IMG/VR virus record: IMGVR_UViG_3300031521_000029 | Location: 1-64,000 of that record | Reading direction: 5' to 3' (one strand) | Source of the DNA: a virus | Length of the DNA: 64,000 nt | Notes under the pieces: model-generated | The model's input: only the letters and a program-made list of their open reading frames with translations | What the model was told of the DNA's origin: nothing | Database searches by the model: none | Translations under genes and position numbers: made by a program | Shown here: piece by piece, positions 56,424-64,000 of the stretch | Position numbering within the stretch: position 1 is the first letter of the stretch | Layout: each line of letters begins with the position of its first letter

Positions 56424-59159
56424 TTAAAAATTAAAAAAGTTCGTGGCAGTAGCTACGGATGGATTTGGAAATGACCAATGTAACACGTTATAAAAATCCT
56501 CCAATTTACTTTTCAATTCATTTTCAAACATTTGTTTTCTATCAACATATGTGTTAATAAATTCCAAAAGTTCATCTGCGTCGTTACCATCTCCCTTAAA
56601 CGCTATAGCATCAAGACCATATCCATTTTTTTGTAAATATACCCATTTGATTTTACTACCATGATGAATAGGTTCACATGTCTTTTCAAGACCCAGATTT
56701 AAAATCAAATCGTTATAAGCTAAGGCAGCTTTTGCTTGCGCCGGACTCTTATGTTCAAAATGAAATGGCCGTCTATTTTCAGGATTGTAATTCTTACTTC
56801 CATCCTGACTTACAAATTTCACAGAAGTATTTTTAGCAATTTCAATTACTGGCAAAGTTTTTACTTCTTCTTGTTCTTTTAAAATCATTTCATCTATGAT
56901 TGACTTTGGTGTATCAGTCAATAATTTTCTTAAAAATAAATCCATGAACTTACGAAAAGCGGCCGGGAATGAAGTTCTAACAACGTCAATACCCTTTACT
57001 TCCAATTCAGGCTTGGCAAGCAACGCACCTTCCTTATGAATAACCCATTGAGCATATCTCTTCTTTGCCAACCAAAAAGACGTTTTACTAATAACTTCCT
57101 GTTTAGCATCAAACGTATGTTTGCATATATTAAAGAATCGACTAGCCATTATATCATAGAACTTGTTAACGTAAGTCTGAACTTCCGTCGTTACACTCAT
57201 AATGGCTTTAGTCATTTCATCATCATTATTAAAGTCAATATCCGGAAACCTTTTTTTGATAATAGGAACGGCATCAACAAAACAAGAATCAGTATCAATG
57301 TAAATTACCCAATCTCCTTCTTCGACTTCCAAAGCGTCCTTATAATAAATATTGATAGCCTTGGACGTAGTTTGAATGATATCTACACCCGACATGGTTA
57401 CAGCTTCTGCGTTATCAACATCATAGAAACGAAATATTGGAAGACCCAATACACCGTAAAACGAGTTAAGCAAAATCTTTTGAACTTGTTGTCTTTGATT
57501 GTAGAAATTATACTTTTCAACGTTGCCCTCCTTTTTGAAGGCAGCCGCCTTCTTTCTCATATCTTTACGTTGTTGAAACCACAATTGAAGCAATGTAGGT
57601 ACAACTCCTGGCTTATCCGTGCGATATAAAACCCCGTTGGAACTTAAACTATAATTAGCCTCAGTTATCAGGGATTTAAACTCGTCTTTTTTGTATTGTA
57701 CGGTTCCTAGATGATAGTTTTCCAATTTTTCACGAACATGATACTCCATGTCAAATTCACGACATCGTCTTTGTATGTATTCCTCTTTACCTTCATCATT
57801 TGACCAAAGACGTTGTTTCATTTCCGTTTCCATTTCATCTATTTCTTTCAGAATCTCACGACGTTTTTCTACTTTACAATCATCGTTATATTCTGCCTTT
57901 ATGACCTTACCAACCTTTGTTTCAGGAGAAATATTTAAAGAAATTATAATATTTGGATACATGGAGGTCAAATCCAAATCGAAAACCCAATTGTATTTGC
58001 CTGGAACAGGCTGTTTAACAAAAGCTCCTGAAAATCCTTCCTCTCCGTCTTCCATGCTTTCTTCGTATTCTTCACGGCCGCCAGCAGGTTTGTTTGGTGC
58101 GATAACGTTATTCCTATGAAGATACATCAATGATGCGCCATCAAGATACCTTGCAGGCATATGAAAACTCTCATACGGAACGTGGCCAACATGACAAATG
58201 GTTCTATAAAGGTCAATCAACTTTAACTTAACGTCAATCGCAACAACAATCTTTACGTCAGTAATGTTATACTCCAAGAACTTTTTAATATCTGATTTAT
58301 ACAAATCATTCAAGTTTCCATGATATTGAACCTTACCAAATCCAACAACCTTCTTTCCGATTGGCCCCAAAGCCCATGTAGGTTCCATTTTGCCGGCCAA
58401 GAATTTCTTGTACAAAAGAATATAATCCATTACCGAAATACCGGCTATGGTTAATTTTTTATTGAAGGCGTTAATATAACAGTAACCTATCGGAGAAAGA
58501 CATTTAGCCGCCTTTGCGGTCAAACAATGTTTTATACGATTGTAGAGATATGGCATATCGAAGAAATCCACATTCCAACCGGTAACAATTGTAAATGCAC
58601 ATTCTTGCCATTTGTCCATGAAACTCATCAACATATCGTCTTCATTGTCATAAGGCAATGTTACTATTTTAATTGGCTTCGTCTCTTCTTCCGTTTGTGT
58701 TTTCCAATCCAAGGGTAGCCAAGGAGCGACTTCTGTTTCATTCTTTTCAACCTTACCATCCTTATCAAGAACAAAAACAAAACAAGTTCTCGTTACACAA
58801 TCATAAAGAGATATACTTGTGATTGGTTGTTCTGCCAATTCTGGCGTTGAGAACCCACCTTCGGTTGAAATTTCTATATCAATGACTCCGACCTTATTAC
58901 CTTTTGAAGGTTCATCCGAATCAGGATAATAATCCAATAACACACGCATTTCTGGTGAAACGTCAGATTCAAATAAGTCCGGGTCTTTATCGTTATAATT
59001 CGTAACTCTAACTAATTCGTCACCATAAAGCGATTTAAAATTTCCACCCACATGACGTTTGTAAGCATATTTTTCATATGGAAATGTTCTAAGACCTTTT
59101 TCGTCATCCCACAAATGAACGGTGTTATCCTTTCGACTGATGTAAATATTTTGATACAT
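56424..59159 (-). CDS. family B DNA polymerase
   Basis: Exonuclease DIE, GWNVDFFD, YNITD; polymerase DLTSMYP, KILLNSFYG, YIDTDS, KKRY, KGI; no intein. Confidence 0.97.
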   Translation of the reverse strand: MYQNIYISRKDNTVHLWDDEKGLRTFPYEKYAYKRHVGGNFKSLYGDELVRVTNYNDKDPDLFESDVSPEMRVLLDYYPDSDEPSKGNKVGVIDIEISTEGGFSTPELAEQPITSISLYDCVTRTCFVFVLDKDGKVEKNETEVAPWLPLDWKTQTEEETKPIKIVTLPYDNEDDMLMSFMDKWQECAFTIVTGWNVDFFDMPYLYNRIKHCLTAKAAKCLSPIGYCYINAFNKKLTIAGISVMDYILLYKKFLAGKMEPTWALGPIGKKVVGFGKVQYHGNLNDLYKSDIKKFLEYNITDVKIVVAIDVKLKLIDLYRTICHVGHVPYESFHMPARYLDGASLMYLHRNNVIAPNKPAGGREEYEESMEDGEEGFSGAFVKQPVPGKYNWVFDLDLTSMYPNIIISLNISPETKVGKVIKAEYNDDCKVEKRREILKEIDEMETEMKQRLWSNDEGKEEYIQRRCREFDMEYHVREKLENYHLGTVQYKKDEFKSLITEANYSLSSNGVLYRTDKPGVVPTLLQLWFQQRKDMRKKAAAFKKEGNVEKYNFYNQRQQVQKILLNSFYGVLGLPIFRFYDVDNAEAVTMSGVDIIQTTSKAINIYYKDALEVEEGDWVIYIDTDSCFVDAVPIIKKRFPDIDFNNDDEMTKAIMSVTTEVQTYVNKFYDIMASRFFNICKHTFDAKQEVISKTSFWLAKKRYAQWVIHKEGALLAKPELEVKGIDVVRTSFPAAFRKFMDLFLRKLLTDTPKSIIDEMILKEQEEVKTLPVIEIAKNTSVKFVSQDGSKNYNPENRRPFHFEHKSPAQAKAALAYNDLILNLGLEKTCEPIHHGSKIKWVYLQKNGYGLDAIAFKGDGNDADELLEFINTYVDRKQMFENELKSKLEDFYNVLHWSFPNPSVATATNFFNF

Positions 59160-59165
59160 TTTTTA

Positions 59166-59507
59166 TTATTCCACGTTTATAATTTCCAATTCCTCATAAT
59201 CAAACAAAGGAAAATCGACACACCAAAAGCATCCTTTATGTGAAATTACACGACCTTCAGCAACCATTTCCTCTTTTGTAATGTTAGCATATTTCAATTT
59301 TAATTTACCCCCAGAACATCTTAACATATCACCTTCATAAATTTCATGTCCATTCTTATCCTCAAGACCTGTATATTGTTCAATGACCTTTCCTAAGCCT
59401 GCGATATAGCATTCATTTGGAGAACAATTCAATAACATCATATCTAATCGTGGTTCGACGGAATATTTTGTTCCATTCCAAACTCTAAACTTTAATTTTT
59501 GTCCCAT
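59166..59507 (-). CDS. YopX-family protein
   Basis: KFRVW...QYTGLEDKNGHEIYEGD. Confidence 0.9.
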   Translation of the reverse strand: MGQKLKFRVWNGTKYSVEPRLDMMLLNCSPNECYIAGLGKVIEQYTGLEDKNGHEIYEGDMLRCSGGKLKLKYANITKEEMVAEGRVISHKGCFWCVDFPLFDYEELEIINVE

Positions 59508-59508
59508 A

Positions 59509-59841
59509 TTATTTTAAATATTCTATAATTTCTTTTTGTAAAGATACTAAATCTTCTCCATTATTAAAAAAAATATCTACCGTATGACTTAAATTCTGAC
59601 ATGTTAATTCATCAATATCATTTATACTATAAGAAAATTTCTTGGAACCATCCGTATTATGATATTCCCCATTAACATCTATCATACCGCCCTCAATAAA
59701 AATACTTCCGTCTTTATTGAATTTACAAATAAGTTGATGATTTATATGTTTAAATGATTCATATGAAAATCTCCAAACGAATTCAATAAATTCAGAATTG
59801 AAACTCTGACTGTGTAAGTTTTGTATTTGTGGAATGTTCAT
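59509..59841 (-). CDS. hypothetical protein
   Basis: 110-aa ORF. Confidence 0.5.
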   Translation of the reverse strand: MNIPQIQNLHSQSFNSEFIEFVWRFSYESFKHINHQLICKFNKDGSIFIEGGMIDVNGEYHNTDGSKKFSYSINDIDELTCQNLSHTVDIFFNNGEDLVSLQKEIIEYLK

Positions 59842-60091
59842 AATCTTCTCTTTCCTGTGTTGGCGATTTATTTAACTTCGTCATCAGACTTTTGAAAACT
59901 TCTTGTCCTTCATCTGTAAGATTTGGTTGGTGTTGTTCTAATTTCCAAATTATTGCTTCATGTTTTAACCAAGGAAGTTCTTTCAATCCTATCTCAATCT
60001 TTGGAGATTGAACCGGTTCTAATATGTTAGTTACATAAAGAAGAAGAGACAGTTCTTGTTCCGTTAATAATTCAGTTTGACCAATTCTCAT
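59792..60091 (-). CDS. hypothetical protein
   Basis: 99-aa ORF; TTGACT-16-TATAAT 6 nt before ATG. Confidence 0.6.
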   Translation of the reverse strand: MRIGQTELLTEQELSLLLYVTNILEPVQSPKIEIGLKELPWLKHEAIIWKLEQHQPNLTDEGQEVFKSLMTKLNKSPTQEREDYEHSTNTKLTQSEFQF

Positions 60092-60121
60092 CTACCGATT
60101 ATATCAATCAAGAAAGAGAAG

Positions 60122-60826
60122 TCAATTTATAACAACACCAACAGTTTTACCGTCAATTCTTATAAACATGATAGAATTTTTTAAATTTGTAACTTCTTTA
60201 GATTCAACGGTTAAATTATTAATTACAGACTGTTTTACTTTATCTGTATAAAAGGATACCTTAGAATCTAAAATACCATTATTATCATTTTGAATCGCTA
60301 TGACCGCATATCCTGTCGGCGTAGTTGATGTACTTCTACTATTGTTACTGGAAGATTTTAAAGACCCGTCAATAGTAAACACAATTACTTTATTATCTAT
60401 AACCTGAAAATAAAACGTACCTTTAGATAACTCGTGGTCAGTAAATGGCGTTGAAATAACACATGAAGAATTTTCATCTCCGCCATTATAAGTTACAATG
60501 ATTGTTCCTTTATTTAATGTTCCAACAAAATTATGAGTTGATGGTTTTAACTTTTCAGGTGTAGAATTCGTATTTAATATATTTTGAAAAAAGGTGTTAA
60601 CAGTAAAATCTGTATTTGTATTTACTTTGACAATTAACTCGTTCGAAAAATACAGAACACTGGACGCATTTGTCGGAGTTATTTCATGAATAGATTTATC
60701 TATCTCCACGGTTTTTCCTTTTTCACAATATACTCCGTTTGTATATACTTCGGATGCAACTATTTCGCCAGGTTGAAATGATGCTATTAATATATTAATA
60801 ACCAACAGTTTTAAAGTTCTAATCAT
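60122..60826 (-). CDS. exported FecR-like beta protein
   Basis: Hydrophobic N-terminus; L.FSN...V..NT, L.KG, I.TP...KGT, IDGSL pattern. Confidence 0.55.
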   Translation of the reverse strand: MIRTLKLLVINILIASFQPGEIVASEVYTNGVYCEKGKTVEIDKSIHEITPTNASSVLYFSNELIVKVNTNTDFTVNTFFQNILNTNSTPEKLKPSTHNFVGTLNKGTIIVTYNGGDENSSCVISTPFTDHELSKGTFYFQVIDNKVIVFTIDGSLKSSSNNSRSTSTTPTGYAVIAIQNDNNGILDSKVSFYTDKVKQSVINNLTVESKEVTNLKNSIMFIRIDGKTVGVVIN

Positions 60827-60889
60827 ATGACCATTCTATATTATTCTACGTGTTTAACAAGATATTATATCCTTTGGGTATATAAATAT

Positions 60890-60918
60890 TTGACAATCGT
60901 GGTTAACACTGATAAAGT
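60890..60918 (+). promoter_or_regulatory. sigma70-like promoter (leaderless geometry)
   Basis: TTGACA-17-TAAAGT, 7 nt before ATG 60926. Confidence 0.65.
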
Positions 60919-60925
60919 CATTCAC

Positions 60926-61849
60926 ATGGCAAAAAATTCTACACCGAAGGGCGATAAACGACGAGTTTCATATTCACAATTCTCCAACTGGTTCAAATGC
61001 AGACATCGTTGGTATCTTGACCACGTCAAAGGTTTACGTGAATTTGAAGACAGTGTAAGTACGTGTTTTGGAACTGCAATGCATGAAGCCGTTCAACTTT
61101 ATATTGAAACGTTATATAAGAAATCTGCGACAGAAGCAGATACTCACGATTTGAATGCCATTTTTCTGTCTGCGTTTGACCGAGAATTGGCAGGCAAAGA
61201 AAAAGGAAAGGGCGTAGAAATTACTCCGGAAGTTCATAAGGAGTATGTTGAAGATGCGGCAAACATAATTTCCACATTCACCAACATGAGCAATAGAATC
61301 AAACATTTCCCATCGGGAAAATATGAATTTATTGGTGTAGAAGATGAAATTATTATGCCCATCAAACAAAACATAGAATTTGTTTGTTACATCGATTTGA
61401 TTTTAAAAGAAAAAGCCACAGGCAGATATCGTATCATCGATATTAAGACCTCAACAAGCGGATGGAATCATTATCAACGGGATGATGAATCCAAAGTAGC
61501 TCAAATTCTACTGTACAAAGCATTCTTTAGTAGGAAATACAACGTTGACATTGATATGATTGACGTGGAATTTTTCATCTTGAGAAGAAAACTATGGGAG
61601 AACTATGCCTTTCCACAAAGTCGTATTCAGACGTTTATTCCTAAAAATAATCAACCACAAGTCGCAAGAGCATTAAACGTATTTGCCGACTTCGTTACCG
61701 AGTGTTTTACCTCAGAAGGTAAATTTGTTGAAGACACTACCGTATATCTAAAGAATCCAGGAAAAGCTAAGAAGAATTGTAAATATTGTCCACACAAGGG
61801 GAAAAATTGTGATGCTAAATCAGATATTCCAAAAGATGAAGAAGACTAA
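60926..61849 (+). CDS. Cas4/RecB-like PD-(D/E)xK exonuclease with Fe-S cysteines
   Basis: SYS...C, FGTAMHE, YIDL, IIDIKT, Q.LLY, CKYC......C. Confidence 0.88.
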   Translation: MAKNSTPKGDKRRVSYSQFSNWFKCRHRWYLDHVKGLREFEDSVSTCFGTAMHEAVQLYIETLYKKSATEADTHDLNAIFLSAFDRELAGKEKGKGVEITPEVHKEYVEDAANIISTFTNMSNRIKHFPSGKYEFIGVEDEIIMPIKQNIEFVCYIDLILKEKATGRYRIIDIKTSTSGWNHYQRDDESKVAQILLYKAFFSRKYNVDIDMIDVEFFILRRKLWENYAFPQSRIQTFIPKNNQPQVARALNVFADFVTECFTSEGKFVEDTTVYLKNPGKAKKNCKYCPHKGKNCDAKSDIPKDEED

Positions 61850-61868
61850 ATTACGATAATTTACTATC

Positions 61869-61901
61869 AAAACCAATGTATAATAATACATTGGTTTTTT
61901 T
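61869..61901 (+). terminator. intrinsic terminator
   Basis: AAAACCAATGTA..TACATTGGTTTTTTT. Confidence 0.75.
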
Positions 61902-61990
61902 ATTTCAATAAATCATGGCGTTTGGAGTTCATGAAAATTATTTAATTAACGTTAACACATTTGTACATCTAAATGTAATAACGTCGATAT

Positions 61991-62194
61991 ATGAAAACAA
62001 AAATAGCAACTACTGTAAAGATTGAAAAAGAACTCTATGATTCTTTTAAGATTCTAGGTATTCAAAACAATCTTACCCTCCAAACGTTCGTGGATAAATG
62101 TGTTCATCTTTATGTAGATGATACCTCATTTCGTTCATTGATAAACAACTTCGTCGTTCCTATTCTGAGTACATCAGGTTCATTCAATTCTTAA
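61991..62194 (+). CDS. ribbon-helix-helix-like protein
   Basis: TTVKIEKELYDSFK...LTLQTFV. Confidence 0.6.
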   Translation: MKTKIATTVKIEKELYDSFKILGIQNNLTLQTFVDKCVHLYVDDTSFRSLINNFVVPILSTSGSFNS

Positions 62195-62199
62195 AAATT

Positions 62200-62763
62200 A
62201 TGGCAATCGTTCTACCAACACCAAAAGATAGAAACGTGTTATTCAATAAACAAGTAACACAGGAAAGTATCGGCGAATTGTCAAAACAAATCATCGAAAT
62301 TAATCATGACGATGAATATATTTCTGAATTGAATAAATTACACGGATACACGTATACACCAAAACCAATCAAACTATACATAGATTCTTATGGCGGAGCT
62401 GTTTATCAGTGTTTTGGTTTGCTTGGGTTAATTGAAAAGTCAAAAACACCGATTCATACTATTGTAACAGGATGCGCAATGAGTTGTGGATTTTTAATGT
62501 CAATTTCAGGCCATAAGAGATTTGCCTATAATAAATCAACTTTACTATATCATCAAATTAGTGGTGTGGAATATGGTAAAATGAAAGATATCGAAGAAGG
62601 TATAATTGAAATGAGACATCTACAAAAACTCGTTGAGCAACATACCATAAACCACACAAAAATAAGTCGTGAAAAATTGAAACAAGTATACAAAGAAAAA
62701 ATTGACTGGTTTATCACGGCTAAGGAAGCATTGAAACTAGGCGTAATTGATGAAATAATTTAA
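62200..62763 (+). CDS. ClpP-like serine protease (second copy)
   Basis: IKLYIDSYGG, AMSCG (Ser), LYHQ (His), DWF..A.EALKLGVID. Confidence 0.88.
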   Translation: MAIVLPTPKDRNVLFNKQVTQESIGELSKQIIEINHDDEYISELNKLHGYTYTPKPIKLYIDSYGGAVYQCFGLLGLIEKSKTPIHTIVTGCAMSCGFLMSISGHKRFAYNKSTLLYHQISGVEYGKMKDIEEGIIEMRHLQKLVEQHTINHTKISREKLKQVYKEKIDWFITAKEALKLGVIDEII

Positions 62764-62768
62764 AAACT

Positions 62769-63332
62769 ATGAAAAAGAAAATATTGTTATTGAGTGATGA
62801 TTTGAGAATGCATAGCGGCGTGGCCACTATGTCACGTGAACTTGTCTTGGGTACTTTGGCCAATTATGATTGGGTTCAAGTTGCAGGCGCAATTCAACAC
62901 CCCGACAAGGGTAAGGTGATTAACATGGACGCAGCTTCAGCCCAGATTTCAGGAGTTAAAGATGCAAAAGTAACTTTGTATCCTGTGGATGGTTACGGAA
63001 ACGAAGAACTTATCTTCAACATTATGGAAAGAGAAAAGCCAGATGCCATTCTACATTTTACAGACCCAAGGTTTTGGGGATGGTTGTATGCTATTGAACG
63101 TCAAATTAGAGCAAAAGTTCCACTTTGTTACCTTACAATTTGGGATGATATCCCGTATCCAATGTATAATCGACCATACTATGAATCATGTGATTTATTA
63201 ATGGGAATTAGTAAACAAACTATGAATATTAACAAGTGGGTATTAGGAACCGATAAGTGTTTTATATTGGATGGAGAGTTTGATAAAGATGGAAAATTGA
63301 TTCCGACTATCAACTTGAATAAAAATGAATAA
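62769..63332 (+). CDS. glycosyltransferase family 4, N-terminal domain only
   Basis: KILLLSDD.R..SGVA..., EKPDAI..FTDP, YLTIWD; ends at 187 aa. Confidence 0.75.
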   Translation: MKKKILLLSDDLRMHSGVATMSRELVLGTLANYDWVQVAGAIQHPDKGKVINMDAASAQISGVKDAKVTLYPVDGYGNEELIFNIMEREKPDAILHFTDPRFWGWLYAIERQIRAKVPLCYLTIWDDIPYPMYNRPYYESCDLLMGISKQTMNINKWVLGTDKCFILDGEFDKDGKLIPTINLNKNE

Positions 63333-63371
63333 TTTTTAATCGGATTTATTCATTCTATACTACTTATTGTT

Positions 63372-64000
63372 ATGGATAAAATCATTCTAAAACATAGACC
63401 TGATTTATGGGTTAAAGTTTGTAATTGTGGAAATATAACACAATATAAAACTTATGGTTCTTATACCGCAAATAAGCATAGAAATTCTCCATGTAAAGAA
63501 TGTCGGTATAAATCACATTCCAAAAAATTATCAGGAAGAAAACGAAATGTATTTTCAGATAAATGGAGAAAAAATATGGCAATCGCCCACAAAAATTCGG
63601 CTGTGTGGAAACAATCCATGAATACTACCGAATATAAAGAAATACATCGTCAAAAGATGTTACGAATTATAAAAGAAAATAAACTAAGTGTAGCATACAA
63701 TCAAAAAGCCTGTGAAGTGTTTAATTACCTAAATAAAAAATTAAATTGGAATGGGTTACACGCAAAAAATGGAAAAGAACAAGTTATTAATGTTTTTTAT
63801 TTAGATTATTATGAACCAACTCTAAATTTAACAATTGAATGGGATGAAAAACATCATAAAAAGGCAAAACAAAAACAACGTGACGGATTCAAACAAAAAA
63901 TTATAACAGAACAAATTAATTGTGAATTTTATCGTGTTGATGATATAACTAAATTAGTAAAAAAAGTCGACCACAATTCAATAGATAGAACACACAAACT
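63372..64000 (+). CDS. putative homing endonuclease (Vsr/DUF559-like), runs off window
   Basis: MDKIILKH...CNC...CKEC...FYLDYY...TIEWDEKHH...RD...FYRV; TACTTATT upstream. Confidence 0.75.
   Translation, partial: MDKIILKHRPDLWVKVCNCGNITQYKTYGSYTANKHRNSPCKECRYKSHSKKLSGRKRNVFSDKWRKNMAIAHKNSAVWKQSMNTTEYKEIHRQKMLRIIKENKLSVAYNQKACEVFNYLNKKLNWNGLHAKNGKEQVINVFYLDYYEPTLNLTIEWDEKHHKKAKQKQRDGFKQKIITEQINCEFYRVDDITKLVKKVDHNSIDRTHK

Noticed and set aside
57036-58119. Long antisense ORFs inside polB, and similar ones in nadE, thyA and the TROVE-like gene
   Set aside because: These are shadow ORFs from codon bias, with no motifs or expression signals.
60926-61849. Cas4 as part of a CRISPR system
   Set aside because: It is a solo Cas4/RecB-like nuclease common in phages; there is no array, cas1 or cas2 in the window.
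1-64000. Stop-codon reassignment
   Set aside because: Long conserved genes are intact in code 11; TAA, TGA and TAG all terminate genes; no suppressor tRNA was seen.

Overview
AT-rich, densely coded segment of a large lytic dsDNA phage genome (jumbo or T4-like in gene content), using the standard bacterial code. Replication genes: family-B DNA polymerase, sliding clamp, clamp loader, SF2 helicase, ATP-dependent DNA ligase and a Cas4/RecB-like nuclease. Nucleotide and cofactor genes: dCMP deaminase, thyA, DHFR, a CoaD-like adenylyltransferase, glutamine-dependent NadE, a NadR-type kinase, Nudix, NDT-like, DUF550 and macro-domain proteins. Translation and RNA-repair genes: EF-Ts, Pth2-like, Thg1-like, RNA ligase, Pnk-type kinase, cyclic-phosphate receiver, a TROVE/DUF2828-vWA protein and 7 tRNA or tRNA-like genes. 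Also gmd, a GT4 N-terminal half, two ClpP-like proteases, a histone-fold miniprotein and about 10 free-standing nuclease genes, most resembling homing endonucleases. The most striking signals read directly from the sequence are four. (1) Three tandem covarying hairpins with an invariant AACAGCA motif form the 5' leader of the Ro60/TROVE-like gene, a candidate new RNP or autoregulatory system. (2) Two tRNA-Arg genes lack a D-arm at the normal position and carry the D-loop motif, including the GGA Arg identity element, 3' of the anticodon arm. (3) There is an atypical long-V-arm tRNA with a UAU anticodon. (4) Many genes have leaderless-looking promoters, and a second TATTTAT motif precedes HEG and virion-like genes. 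All protein calls come from motif recognition only; no database searches were run.
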